From Thermoanaerobaculia bacterium (GTDB lineage Bacteria; Acidobacteriota; Thermoanaerobaculia; Multivoradales; UBA5704): a stretch of DNA of 64,000 nt. The notes under the pieces are model-generated. The model was not told the origin of the DNA. It did not search any database and was given only the letters and a program-made list of their open reading frames with translations. A program made the translations under genes and the position numbers. Below are positions 51,348 through 62,463 of this stretch, one piece after another. Numbering within the stretch: the first letter of the stretch is position 1; each line of letters opens with the position of its first letter. The DNA is taken from the NCBI GenBank assembly GCA_036376245.1, contig DASVAS010000040.1:64293-128292 (forward strand), in the 5' to 3' direction.

Positions 51348-51652
51348 TCGCAGGCTGATCGTTGAATTGGACGGGCAGATCCACGACACGGACCAGAACG
51401 TGGCCCGTGATTCTCAGCGAGACGCCTATCTCAAAGGCCAGAACTACATCGTCCTGCGATTCCCAAACCAGAGGATCTTCGACGACCTCGACTCCGTTCT
51501 CCTGGAAATCGCCAAGGCCGCCGGCGGATCCCCCAACCCCTGGCTCCGCTACCACGAACCCTGACCAACTATCCGACTAACTTTCTCCCCTCTCCCGGTG
51601 AGGGAGGGTGGGAGGGGTCGGGAGAGGGGCCGGGGGTGAGGGTTCGGGCGGA
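51348..51652. mobile_element. 5'-truncated remnant of the DUF559 TIR element (copy 3): 3' gene fragment plus right TIR only
   Basis: gene fragment RLIVELDGQIHDT...VLRFPNQRI homologous to copies 1/2; right TIR tttctcccctctcccggtgagggagggtgggaggggtcgggagaggggccgggggtgaggg; begins directly after the stop of the TPR-CHAT gene. Confidence 0.55.
51352..51564 (+). pseudogene. truncated DUF559 gene (C-terminal ~70 codons only)
   Basis: lacks the N-terminal half present in copies 1 and 2. Confidence 0.55.
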
Positions 51653-51683
51653 CCGCCTCAGCCGGCAAGCGCTTCTGGAGCCC

Positions 51684-52484
51684 TCAGTTCACCCACGGCC
51701 CCTTCCGCACGTTCTGCCCCTTCTCGCCGGGGATCACCCGGAACCCCCGCTTCCGCTTCTCGCGGTCGAGCTTGCGCTGGATCCACCAGCGCTCCAGCCG
51801 CAGGCGCAGCTCGCGGAGCGTCCGCTTGCCGCCGCGCATCGAGCCGCTGGAGCGGACGTAGAGGTAGGTGAGGAGCACCGCCGTGCAGATCCCCAGGAAG
51901 CCGGGGAGATCCTTGGTCCCCAGGAACCCCATGAAGGCGAACAGGATTTCCAGCCACAGGAACCACCGGGCGCGGATCGGCAGCACGAAGAAGAGGTAGA
52001 TCGTGGCGTCGCCGTGCGCCGTGGCGAACGCCGCGATGAAGATCGCCAGCAGCATCCGCTGACCCTGCAGGATCACGAAGGGCGCGGGCACGATCATCGC
52101 GCCGGACAGGTCGATCAGGGCGTGGACGGCCACCGCCACCACCCCGGCCATGATGGAGCTCCACAGGATCAGCCGCCAGAAGTGCCGGCGGTAGAGGCCG
52201 AAGAACACGTCCCGGCCGAACATGTAGAGGATCAGCAGCTCCAGCAGGAACCAGAACCCCGCCGCGCCGTTGCCCACGAACGGATACGTCGCCACCTGCC
52301 AGACGAACCCGAGCTGCCAGGCCTGCGGCGTGAGCTGCAGGAGGTTGGGGATGATCGCCGTGGACTCGAAGAACCGCAGCGTGAAGGTGGCGAACAGGAC
52401 GATCAGGATCGCCAGGACGTCCCGCGGCGCCGGCCCGCCGAGGCCGAAGCCGCCGAGGTCCATCCGGGGATTGCGGGTCACCAA
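51684..52484 (-). CDS. integral membrane protein (6-TM; possibly rhomboid-like, not confirmed)
   Basis: 266 aa with multiple hydrophobic helices; the alternative overlapping 278-aa frame is Arg-rich junk. Confidence 0.5.
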   Translation of the reverse strand: MVTRNPRMDLGGFGLGGPAPRDVLAILIVLFATFTLRFFESTAIIPNLLQLTPQAWQLGFVWQVATYPFVGNGAAGFWFLLELLILYMFGRDVFFGLYRRHFWRLILWSSIMAGVVAVAVHALIDLSGAMIVPAPFVILQGQRMLLAIFIAAFATAHGDATIYLFFVLPIRARWFLWLEILFAFMGFLGTKDLPGFLGICTAVLLTYLYVRSSGSMRGGKRTLRELRLRLERWWIQRKLDREKRKRGFRVIPGEKGQNVRKGPWVN

Positions 52485-52512
52485 GAGCGCTCACCTCTCA
52501 TCGCGGACCATC

Positions 52513-53766
52513 TTAGGACAGCGGGTCGTAGAGCGGAAACCGCTCGCACAGCTCGCGCACCTTCCGGCGCACGCCCTCGTGGACCCCGGAGTCCTCCGGA
52601 GCGCGCAGGGCCTCGGCGATGAAGTCGCCCACCTTCTCCATCTCCGGCTCCTTCATCCCGCGGGTGGTCAGGGCCGGCGTGCCGATGCGGATGCCGGAGG
52701 CCACCATCGGCGGGTTGGGATCGTACGGGATGGTGTTCTTGTTCACCGTCAGGCCCGCCTCCTCCAGCGCCTTCTCCGCCACCTTGCCGGTCAGCCCGAC
52801 CTTCGACACGTCCATCAGGAAGACGTGGTTGTCCGTGCCGCCGGAGACGATCCGCAGGCCGTGACCGGTCAGCCGTTCCGCCAGGGTCCTGGCGTTGGCC
52901 ACGATCTGCCGCTGGTAGACCTTGAAGTCGTCGGAGAGCGCTTCCTTCAGCGCCACCGCCTTGGCCGCGATGATGTGCATCAGCGGGCCGCCCTGGAGGC
53001 CGGGGAAGACCGCGCGGTCGATGTCCTTGGCGAACTCCTCCTTGCACATCACCATGCCCGCCCGGGGACCGCGCAGGGTCTTGTGGGTGGTCGTGGTCAC
53101 GAAGTGGCAATGGGGGATGGGCGACGGATGGAGGCCCGCCGCCACCAGGCCGGCGATGTGGGCGATGTCCGCCATGAGCAGCGCGCCGGCCTTGTCGGCG
53201 ATGCTGCGGAAGCGCTCGAAGTCGATGATCCGGCTGTAGGCCGAGGCGCCGCAGATGATCAGCTTCGGCCGCTCGGCCAAGGCCAGGCGCTCGACCTCGT
53301 CGTAGTCGATCCTCTCGCTCTCCCGGTCCACGCCGTAGGAGACCACCTGGAAGTCGCGGCCGGAGTAGGAGAGGCGATGGCCGTGCGTGAGGTGGCCGCC
53401 GGAGGAGAGGTCCATGCCCATCAGCTTGTCCCCCGGCTTGAGGAAGCCGAAGTAGACCGCCGTGTTGGCCGAGGTGCCGCTGTGCGGCTGGACGTTGACG
53501 TGCTCGGCGCCGAACAGCTCCTTGGCGCGCTCGATGGCCAGGCGCTCCACCACGTCCACGAACTCGCAGCCGCCGTAGTACCGCTTGCCGGGGTAGCCCT
53601 CGGCGTATTTGTTGGTCATCACGCTGCCGGCGGCTTCGAGGACGGCGCGGCTGACGAAGTTCTCCGAGGCGATCAGCTCCAACCCGAAGTTCTGGCGCGC
53701 GCGCTCGTCGGCGATGGCCTGGTAGACGTCGGGGTCGGAGGCTTTCAGGGAACGGAAGTCAGACAT
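52513..53766 (-). CDS. glyA: serine hydroxymethyltransferase
   Basis: 417 aa; [43 protein letters not shown]; PLP-lysine region [10 protein letters not shown]. Confidence 0.9.
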   Translation of the reverse strand: MSDFRSLKASDPDVYQAIADERARQNFGLELIASENFVSRAVLEAAGSVMTNKYAEGYPGKRYYGGCEFVDVVERLAIERAKELFGAEHVNVQPHSGTSANTAVYFGFLKPGDKLMGMDLSSGGHLTHGHRLSYSGRDFQVVSYGVDRESERIDYDEVERLALAERPKLIICGASAYSRIIDFERFRSIADKAGALLMADIAHIAGLVAAGLHPSPIPHCHFVTTTTHKTLRGPRAGMVMCKEEFAKDIDRAVFPGLQGGPLMHIIAAKAVALKEALSDDFKVYQRQIVANARTLAERLTGHGLRIVSGGTDNHVFLMDVSKVGLTGKVAEKALEEAGLTVNKNTIPYDPNPPMVASGIRIGTPALTTRGMKEPEMEKVGDFIAEALRAPEDSGVHEGVRRKVRELCERFPLYDPLS

Positions 53767-53876
53767 GGAAAGGCTCCTCGGCTAGAGAAGGAGATGGAGG
53801 ACGCCGGAAGACGGGGCTTCCGGCGGTCGCCTGGAGAGGTATGAACAAGGCCGGACGATCGGAAAGGTCCGGAAGG

Positions 53877-54212
53877 TCAGGAGCTCTGGGGTTCCTCGGG
53901 GCCGGGCGATCCCTCGGCGCCGCCGCCTTCGGGCTCGGCGGGCGGTGTTGCCTTGCGGGCCGGCGCCTTCTTGGCGGCGGGACGCTTCTTGGGAGGGGGG
54001 GCCTCCTCGGCGGGGCCGGCCTTGGCCGCCGCGCTCCCTGAGGGGGCTGAGCTCGCCTCCGCCGGCGCGGGGGACGCTTTCTTGACCGTACGCTTGGAGC
54101 CGGTGGGACGCTCCGCGGCGCTACGCTGCAACGCTTCTTCGTTGTGCCGCTTCTTCAGCCGCTTGGTCCGGCGATGACGCCGGCGCTTCAGCTCCCGATC
54201 TCTCTCTCTCAT
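53877..54212 (-). CDS. lysine/alanine/proline-rich basic protein (histone H1-like / AlgP-like DNA-binding protein?)
   Basis: 111 aa, KKRPAAKKAPARKATPP-type composition, coherent high-GC3 codon usage. Confidence 0.4.
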   Translation of the reverse strand: MRERDRELKRRRHRRTKRLKKRHNEEALQRSAAERPTGSKRTVKKASPAPAEASSAPSGSAAAKAGPAEEAPPPKKRPAAKKAPARKATPPAEPEGGGAEGSPGPEEPQSS

Positions 54213-54318
54213 GTCGTCTCCTTGGACGCCCCACGCCCGCCTCCCCGATCGATCGACTCGGCGCTTTCAGGCTGTGCCAGCTTGCCGTACGCGCCGCCTG
54301 AATGTCAATTAACGGCAA

Positions 54319-55878
<1,560 letters not shown>

Positions 55879-55921
55879 GGCGGGCGCATCTTATCCCAAG
55901 GCCCGTTACAATCCGCGTCCC

Positions 55922-57232
55922 ATGCCGTTCTCCCGCCTGGACACCGCAGCCGTCGCCCGCACCCTCTCCCAGGTCGCCGAGAAACCGGAGGACGTCGTCG
56001 ACGCCTTCTTCGAGCGCCGCGAGGACGTGGAGCTGGCGCCCGAGGGGGACCCGGGAGCCTTGCGGATCTGGCGGGAGGAGGGCTTCGCCCTGCGCCTGGT
56101 CCGGCAGGGACAGACCTGGATGGCCTCCCGGGACGCGATTGAATCGAAGTCGTTCGCGGAGGCCCTGCGCCAGGTGGCCCGGGCGTTCTCGGCCGCCACC
56201 TATCCCGAGCCGTCGCTGGAGATGGAGCCGCCCGAGCCGGTCGCCGCTCCCGAGCTGATGGAGTTCCCCGGCGCGCTCTCCCGGGCCGTGCGCGCCCATC
56301 ACGTGGGATTCCCGCTGCGGGTCAGCGTCCGCCGGCACCGCCGCTGGGTGCAGGTGGTAGGTCCCCGGCTGGTGGCCGGCACCGAGGCCGAGTCCTTCTA
56401 CAGTTGCGCGGTCGAGTCCTCCTGGGGACGCTACGGCGCCCTGCTGACGCGCCTCGACGCGCACGCCGCCGAAGAGGTGGCCGCCACCGTCGTGGCCCTG
56501 TTCCGCGCCCGCGCCGCGCCGCCGCCCGCGCCGTTCCGCGGTCCCGCCGTGCTGTCCCCGGCCGCCGTCGCCGTGCTCCTCCACGAAGCCGTGGCCCACG
56601 CCCTCGAAGCCGACACCCTGGCGCAGGGCGGCAACCCGGAAGCGGCGGTGGGAGTCGCCATGGCGGCGCCCTGCCTCGACGTGCTGGACGACCCCGCCGC
56701 GGCGCCCCCCGGCGTGCGCCGTACCACCGACGACGAAGGCGCCCCCGTGGTGCGCCGCTGGTTGCTGCGGGGCGGCGTCGTGGAGCAGCCCCTGGCGGAC
56801 GCCCTGTGGGCGCGCACCTCGCCCGTGCTCCTGCCCGGCGCGGGACGGCGGGGCACCCGCCACCTGCCGCCGGGACCGCGCTCCACGCACCTGGAGGTCC
56901 TGCCCGGCGAGGCCTCGGACGTCGATCTCCTGAGCGGCTCCGAGGAGGGGCTGTATCTCCCGGAAGCCAGCCGGGGCGCCCTCGATCCGCTCTCCGGAGA
57001 GTTCGCCCTGCACCTCCCCTACGCCAAGCGGTTCCGCCGCGACAACCTCGCCGAGACCGTGGGTCCCTGCGTGCTGCGGGGCCGGGTGGCCGACCTGCTG
57101 ACCCGCGCCGTGGCCGTGGGCAGCGAAGCGCGGCCGGCCGGCGCCGGCTGGTGCGCCAAGGGAGGCCAGAAGCTCCCGGTCTGGGCCACCGCGCCGGCCA
57201 TCCGCCTGGAAGGCGTGGAGGTCGTGCCGTGA
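55922..57232 (+). CDS. TldD/PmbA family metalloprotease component
   Basis: 436 aa from MPFSRLDT; HEAVAHALE HExxxH-like motif; upstream 84 codons of the ORF are spurious antisense of pccB. Confidence 0.7.
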   Translation: MPFSRLDTAAVARTLSQVAEKPEDVVDAFFERREDVELAPEGDPGALRIWREEGFALRLVRQGQTWMASRDAIESKSFAEALRQVARAFSAATYPEPSLEMEPPEPVAAPELMEFPGALSRAVRAHHVGFPLRVSVRRHRRWVQVVGPRLVAGTEAESFYSCAVESSWGRYGALLTRLDAHAAEEVAATVVALFRARAAPPPAPFRGPAVLSPAAVAVLLHEAVAHALEADTLAQGGNPEAAVGVAMAAPCLDVLDDPAAAPPGVRRTTDDEGAPVVRRWLLRGGVVEQPLADALWARTSPVLLPGAGRRGTRHLPPGPRSTHLEVLPGEASDVDLLSGSEEGLYLPEASRGALDPLSGEFALHLPYAKRFRRDNLAETVGPCVLRGRVADLLTRAVAVGSEARPAGAGWCAKGGQKLPVWATAPAIRLEGVEVVP

Positions 57233-58536
57233 GCCAGGCGCCGCAGCTCGACCAGGTCCTGCGCGACCTCCTGCACCGGCACATGACCGACGCCGAGGTC
57301 TATGTGAAGCGGGGCCGCTCCCGCCGGCTGGAGCGCACCCCCGTCACCGAGACCTCCGCGGCCTCGCAGGAGCGGGCCTGGGCGGTGCGCGCCGGCAATC
57401 GCCGGGGCTCCTTCTTCGCCGCCGCGACGGGCGACCTCGTGGACGGCTTTCCCTGGCCCGAGCCGGCGACCGGCGCGCCGCTGGAGCTGCCCGAGCCGGA
57501 GCCGGTCCCGGCCTGGAACGATCCCTCGGACTTCGACACGCCCCTGATCGGCGAGCGGGAGGGGCTGAAGCTCCTGGAGAGTCTGGGCCGCGAGCTTGAG
57601 AACGAGTTGCCGCGGGCGCGCGTGCTCCGCGCCGTCCTGGAGGACGGATCGAGCGAAGCCGAGCTGGCGAACAGCCGGGGCCTGCGGGCGCGCTCCCGGA
57701 ACCGGATCTCGACCTTATATATAGAAGCCGCCGGGCCGGGCCGGCCGCCGGTCACGGCCTCCCTCTACGTGGCCGCCCGCGAGCCCCGGCGGTTCCATCC
57801 CACGGCCCTCGCCCGCCGCCTGGCGGACCGCCTGGCCGTCACCGCCTCCGGAGCCGCGCCCGAGCGGGACAGCGGCGAGCTCCTGCTGGCGCCGGTGGTG
57901 GCCTCGCGCCTGATCGCGGGCCTGCTGCCGCTGCTGGTGGGCCCCGGGCCGGGGACGCGGCTGACCGGCGCCCGGGGCCGTTTCGGCAGCGATCTGGTGA
58001 CCCTGATCGACAACGGCCGTCTCGCCGGCGGCGCGTTCGAGTCGCCGGTGGACGGCGAAGGGGTGCCCACCCGCGAGGTGGCGCTGGTGGAGGAGGGCCT
58101 CTTCCAGCAGCCCCTGCTCGCCTGGTGGCAGGAGGGAGCGGCCCCCGGCAAGCCCTCCGGCTGCACCCGCCGTCCCGGCTGGCGGGACCTGCCCACCCCC
58201 GGCCCCACCCATCTCTACCTGAAGCCGGACGCCCGCACCCCGGTGGCCCACCTCCTGGGCTCCCTGACCCGGGGCTACTACCTGATCGACGTCACCGGCG
58301 CCGGCCGCTTCGATCTCAAGACCGACCGCTTCGCCCTCCCGGTCTGCGGCTTCGCGGTCGAATCCGGCCGCGCCAGCGCCCCGGTGGCGAACGCCTGGCT
58401 CTGCGGCGGGATCGGGACCTTCCTGAAAGGGATCGCGGGGCTGGGGAGGGACCTCACCTTCCACCCCCTCGACGGGATGATCGGCGCGCCCACGGTGCTG
58501 GCGACGGGGCTGGAGCTACGGAGCGGGCCGGGGTGA
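57229..58536 (+). CDS. TldD/PmbA family protein (second subunit); GTG start overlapping upstream stop (GTGA)
   Basis: C-terminal region typical of PmbA/TldD (GYYLIDVTGAGRFDLKTDRFALPVCGFAVESGR...); translationally coupled to preceding gene. Confidence 0.7.
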   Translation: MSQAPQLDQVLRDLLHRHMTDAEVYVKRGRSRRLERTPVTETSAASQERAWAVRAGNRRGSFFAAATGDLVDGFPWPEPATGAPLELPEPEPVPAWNDPSDFDTPLIGEREGLKLLESLGRELENELPRARVLRAVLEDGSSEAELANSRGLRARSRNRISTLYIEAAGPGRPPVTASLYVAAREPRRFHPTALARRLADRLAVTASGAAPERDSGELLLAPVVASRLIAGLLPLLVGPGPGTRLTGARGRFGSDLVTLIDNGRLAGGAFESPVDGEGVPTREVALVEEGLFQQPLLAWWQEGAAPGKPSGCTRRPGWRDLPTPGPTHLYLKPDARTPVAHLLGSLTRGYYLIDVTGAGRFDLKTDRFALPVCGFAVESGRASAPVANAWLCGGIGTFLKGIAGLGRDLTFHPLDGMIGAPTVLATGLELRSGPG

Positions 58537-58541
58537 TGAGC

Positions 58542-58940
58542 CTATTCTTCCCAGTCTTCCAGACGTAGCTCTTCGATCCTCCCGAATTCATCTGTGTTGT
58601 GGGTCACGAGCGTGGCTTTATGAGCCAGAGCAATCGCGGCGATCACCATGTCGTTGGGACCGATGACCTTCCCAATACGTTCAAGCCGAGCTCGGATGAT
58701 TCCGTAGTGCTGTGCCGCTGCGTCGTCGAAGGGCAGGGAGACAAACCGGTCAAGAGACCTTATCCGAGCGAGGTTCTCTGTCGGCTTCGCGCTCTTCGCC
58801 GCACCATAGAACAGCTCCGCCTTGACGACGGAGCATATGGCGACATGATCGGCTCGGATGGATTCCAGGCGGCGCCGAAGGGTCTCGGAGCGGCGGTTGA
58901 GAAACTGGATCCAGGAGTTGGTGTCGAGCAGGTAGCTCAT
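58542..58940 (-). CDS. vapC: type II toxin-antitoxin system VapC family PIN-domain toxin
   Basis: MSYLLDTNSWIQFL (PIN first Asp) ... LVTHNTDEF. Confidence 0.85.
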   Translation of the reverse strand: MSYLLDTNSWIQFLNRRSETLRRRLESIRADHVAICSVVKAELFYGAAKSAKPTENLARIRSLDRFVSLPFDDAAAQHYGIIRARLERIGKVIGPNDMVIAAIALAHKATLVTHNTDEFGRIEELRLEDWEE

Positions 58941-59179
58941 TCAAGAGGCTCGCGAATCTCGTAAGTGCCCTGCTCTCCGCGTTCGATCGGCGCGTCCGCC
59001 GTGCTGCCATACATCTCGGCGATCCAAGCCTTCCACTCTGAATCGTCCATCGGGCGGCACTCTTCCGCAGGTCCTTCAAGAGCCCTGACGATGCGATACA
59101 GGACTCCGAGGTGCTCGTCAGGCACCTTGTCGATCTCCGCCTTGAGCAACTCTTTGGTGATCATGCCGTGCACCTCCAA
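58937..59179 (-). CDS. antitoxin partner of VapC (small, unclassified)
   Basis: 80 aa; ATGA overlap with vapC; alternative start MITKELLK at 59164. Confidence 0.6.
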   Translation of the reverse strand: MEVHGMITKELLKAEIDKVPDEHLGVLYRIVRALEGPAEECRPMDDSEWKAWIAEMYGSTADAPIERGEQGTYEIREPLE

Positions 59180-59364
59180 ACCCTGGGACGAGTATAGCCG
59201 GGCCGAGCGGCTTCCTCCTTGGAGATCGAGCCGGAGCCGTCGCGGGCCGGAACGGGACCAGGCAACTCCCCTTGCACCCGTCCGCGGCCTTGGTGGTACG
59301 ATCCGCCCCGGCCGGCGTTGTCACAAGAAGGCCATTTCCCTGTCACACGCTGAGGAGGAGCCGC

Positions 59365-60018
59365 ATGGCGAAGGTCGACGCCCTGATCCGCTGGTTCATG
59401 CCCAAGGAGGAGCGGTTCCACGAGCTGTTCGCCCGAGACACGGCGAACGTGCTCCAGGCGGCCCGCCTGTTCACCGAGTTTGCCCACCTCGATGACCTCG
59501 AGGCGCGGCGCCAGAAGATGCCCGAGCTCAAACAGCTCGAGCACCAGGGGGACAAGATCACCCGGCAGATCTTCGACGCCCTCAACTCCTCCTTCATCAC
59601 CCCCTTCGACCGCGAAGACATCCGCTCCCTCGCCACCGACCTCGACGACATCCTCGACTACCTGGAAGGGGTCGCCCAGCAGCTCGTCAACTTCGAGCTC
59701 GGCGAGTCGCCGGAGGGATTGCGGCAGTTCTCGGAGATCCTGGTCGCGATGGCCACCGAGATCGACCGGGTCACGGAGCTGCTCTGGAACCTCGACAACC
59801 AGCGCCAGATCCAGGAGCGCAACGTCCGCCTCTCGGACCTCGAAAACCAGGCCGACGTCCTCTACAACACGCTGATCGCCGACCTGTTCCGGGCCAACGG
59901 CCGCGATCCGCTGCAGATCCTGAAGTGGAAAGAGATCTACGACGGGTTGGAGAACGCCTGCGACCAGTGCAAGGACTACTCGCACATCGTAGGGAACGTG
60001 ATCGTCAAGAACGCCTGA
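59365..60018 (+). CDS. DUF47 family protein (PhoU-like PiT accessory protein)
   Basis: GAGGAGGAG SD; full-length DUF47/TIGR00153 pattern; directly upstream of PiT. Confidence 0.8.
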   Translation: MAKVDALIRWFMPKEERFHELFARDTANVLQAARLFTEFAHLDDLEARRQKMPELKQLEHQGDKITRQIFDALNSSFITPFDREDIRSLATDLDDILDYLEGVAQQLVNFELGESPEGLRQFSEILVAMATEIDRVTELLWNLDNQRQIQERNVRLSDLENQADVLYNTLIADLFRANGRDPLQILKWKEIYDGLENACDQCKDYSHIVGNVIVKNA

Positions 60019-60030
60019 GAGGGGGCGCAC

Positions 60031-61026
60031 CTGACCACCGCTACCTTCCTTCTGGTCTTCATCATCGTCGTCGCGCTGACGTTCGACTTCCTGAACGGCT
60101 TCCACGACGCGGCCAACTCCATCGCCACAGTCGTCTCCACCCGGGTGCTCTCGCCCCAGAAGGCGGTGGCCTGGGCGGCGTTCTTCAACTTCGTGGCCGC
60201 CTTCGTCCTCGGCACGCACGTGGCCAAGACGATCGGCAAGGGGATGATCGACCTCTCGGTGGTGACCCAGGACGTCATCCTGGCCGGGCTCGCCGGGGCC
60301 ATCTTCTGGAACCTGATCACCTGGTACTACGGCCTGCCGGTCTCCTCCTCCCACGCCCTGATCGGCGGCTACGCCGGGGCGGCGGTGGCCAAGGCGGGGT
60401 TCGGGTCCCTCATCCCCGGAGGATGGACGAAAACGCTGTCGTTCATCGTCCTGGCGCCCATGATCGGCATGACCCTCGGCTTCTTCCTGATGGTCGCCGT
60501 GACCTGGATCGTGAGGGGATGGCGGCCGTCCACGGTGGACCGGCGCTTCCGCGGCCTGCAGCTCCTCTCGGCCGCCGCGTACAGCCTGGGCCACGGCGGC
60601 AACGACGCCCAGAAGACCATGGGCATCATCACCGGCCTGCTGGTGGCGTCGGGCTATCTCACCCAGTTCGAGGTCCCTCTCTGGGTGATCCTCATCAGCC
60701 ACGCCGCCATCGCCCTGGGCACGCTGTTCGGAGGCTGGCGGATCGTCAAGACCATGGGCTCGAAGATCACCAAGCTCCAGCCCATCGGCGGCTTCAGCGC
60801 CGAGACGGCGGGGGCGATCACCCTGGTGGGCGCCACGCTGGGCGGCATCCCGGTCTCCACCACCCACACGATCACCGGCGCCATCATCGGGGTGGGCTCG
60901 ACCAAACGCCTCTCGGCCGTGAAATGGGGCGTCGCCGGCCGCATCGTCTGGGCCTGGATCCTGACCATCCCCATCTCGGCGGTGGTCGCCGCCGTGGTCT
61001 ACTTCCTGGTCTCGCCGCTTCTGTAA
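60031..61026 (+). CDS. pit: inorganic phosphate transporter, PiT family; apparent non-canonical (CTG) start or stop-codon context issue
   Basis: conserved N-terminal signature LNGFHDAANSIATVVSTR lies upstream of the first in-frame ATG/GTG (60145); GAGGGGG SD 6 nt before CTG at ~60031. Confidence 0.75.
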   Translation: MTTATFLLVFIIVVALTFDFLNGFHDAANSIATVVSTRVLSPQKAVAWAAFFNFVAAFVLGTHVAKTIGKGMIDLSVVTQDVILAGLAGAIFWNLITWYYGLPVSSSHALIGGYAGAAVAKAGFGSLIPGGWTKTLSFIVLAPMIGMTLGFFLMVAVTWIVRGWRPSTVDRRFRGLQLLSAAAYSLGHGGNDAQKTMGIITGLLVASGYLTQFEVPLWVILISHAAIALGTLFGGWRIVKTMGSKITKLQPIGGFSAETAGAITLVGATLGGIPVSTTHTITGAIIGVGSTKRLSAVKWGVAGRIVWAWILTIPISAVVAAVVYFLVSPLL

Positions 61027-61149
61027 CGTCCATCTCTAGAGATTCCGCGTCCCCGGGAGAGATCGGTCCCTCGACCTCTCCCGGTGGAGCCTCCACGGCA
61101 CATCCGTTGCTAAACTCCCCGCGGACATCCCTCCCGAGGAGCGCAGCGA

Positions 61150-62463
61150 ATGACGATCGCCTTCCTGTCTCTCTTCTTCGGATTGATCACGGGGAGCTAT
61201 CCCGTCGAGCTGTCGGTCAACGGTCCCGTGGCCGCCGTGGAGATTCTCGTCGACGGCAAGACCGCCGCGCGGCTCAACGGGCCGCCCTGGAAGGCCGACG
61301 TCGATTTCGGCCGCGATCTGCTGCCGCACGAGATCATGGCCCGCGCCCTGGATGCCTCGGGCCAGGAGATCGGGCGCGCGCAGGCCTGGGCCAACCTCCC
61401 CAACTCGCTCACCAAGGTGGAGATCCTGACGGAAGGAGATCCCGGCGCTCCCCCACGGGCGGCGCGGATCGCGTGGACGCATCTCAAGGGCGCGAAGCCC
61501 CAATCCATGAGCCTCAGCTTCGACGGCGCCGCCCTGGCGCTGGACGGCGAAGGGCGCGCCATGCTCCCCGCGCACGACCTCAAGACGCTCCATGTGCTGA
61601 CCGCCGAAGTCCACTTTTCGCCTCTGGAGATCATCCGCCGGGATCTCGCCTACGGGGGCGAGTTCGGCAGCGAGGTGTCGACGGAGCTGACGGCGATCCC
61701 GGTGCGGCTGCGCCGGGGCAAGCTGCCGCCGGCCGAGCAGCTCGACGGCTGGTTCGCCGCCGGGGGTCAACCGCTGCCGGTGATCGCCGTCGAGGAGGGA
61801 CCGGCGCATCTCCTCGTGGTCCGCTCGCCGGATGCCAAAGAGATCGCGGGGAAGCTGGGGACGGCCGGCATCCGGGCGAACCATCCGCGGGGGCAGAAAC
61901 TCGGTGAGGGGCAGGTCGCCCGGTTCCTTTCCCCGCACCCGCTGCGGTTCGAGACCTCGGAGTCGCTGGCCGACCTGTTCGACGTCTCACCGGCGTTCAC
62001 GGTCCGCACGGGCGGTTTCGTCCAACTGCTGGAATCGATCCACCGCCGGACCCAGCCCGGCGAGAAGGTGGTGCCGGGAAAGCGGATCGCCGACGCGGTG
62101 GCCGTGGCCGGCCTCACGGCGATCAACGAGAACCGCCGGCGCGCCGTGCTGCTGGTCCTCTCCGGCGACGAGAAGGACGACAGCCGGCAGGATCCCGCCA
62201 GCGTCCGCAAGTTCCTGGAGGCGATCCGCGTGCCGCTCTTCGTCTGGTGTCTGAACAAGCCGGCCCCGGATTCCCCCCTGGCGGCCTGGGGCGAGTGCAA
62301 GGACGCGAAGAGCGCGCAGACTCTCACCCTGGCGATCGAGGAGATCCGCCGCGAGCTCGACTCCCAACGGATCGTCCTGGTGGACGGCCGGCACCTGCCG
62401 CAGTCGATCGCCCTCACCCCGGCCGCGGGTCAGGTGGAGCTGGTGGGAGGTGCGGGACGATGA
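61150..62463 (+). CDS. exported/membrane-anchored hypothetical protein, tandem paralog 1 of 3
   Basis: 437 aa; N-terminal hydrophobic MTIAFLSLFFGLITG; GAGGAG SD; ~88% nt identity to next copy in N-terminal region. Confidence 0.65.
   Translation: MTIAFLSLFFGLITGSYPVELSVNGPVAAVEILVDGKTAARLNGPPWKADVDFGRDLLPHEIMARALDASGQEIGRAQAWANLPNSLTKVEILTEGDPGAPPRAARIAWTHLKGAKPQSMSLSFDGAALALDGEGRAMLPAHDLKTLHVLTAEVHFSPLEIIRRDLAYGGEFGSEVSTELTAIPVRLRRGKLPPAEQLDGWFAAGGQPLPVIAVEEGPAHLLVVRSPDAKEIAGKLGTAGIRANHPRGQKLGEGQVARFLSPHPLRFETSESLADLFDVSPAFTVRTGGFVQLLESIHRRTQPGEKVVPGKRIADAVAVAGLTAINENRRRAVLLVLSGDEKDDSRQDPASVRKFLEAIRVPLFVWCLNKPAPDSPLAAWGECKDAKSAQTLTLAIEEIRRELDSQRIVLVDGRHLPQSIALTPAAGQVELVGGAGR

Noticed and set aside
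51658-52494. 278-aa ORF overlapping the membrane-protein gene
   Set aside because: It is the alternative frame of the same region with Arg/Pro-rich composition. The 51684..52484 frame encodes coherent TM helices.
56404-57228. Upstream 275 codons of ORF 56404..58536, and ORF 56322..57284 on the minus strand
   Set aside because: They overlap the first TldD/PmbA gene out of frame, and the upstream part is Arg/Pro/Gly junk. The real second gene starts at GTG 57229.
59161-60867. 568-aa minus-strand ORF and 59925..61907 + ORF
   Set aside because: They are antisense to or frame-shifted relative to DUF47 and PiT, which carry clear family signatures.
61040-61075. Inverted repeat ccgggagag-N14-ctctcccgg after the pit gene resembling the TIR core
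   Set aside because: It is only a 9-bp stem sharing the common ctctcccgg motif, with no flanking TIR context. It is probably a weak terminator or chance palindrome rather than another element copy.
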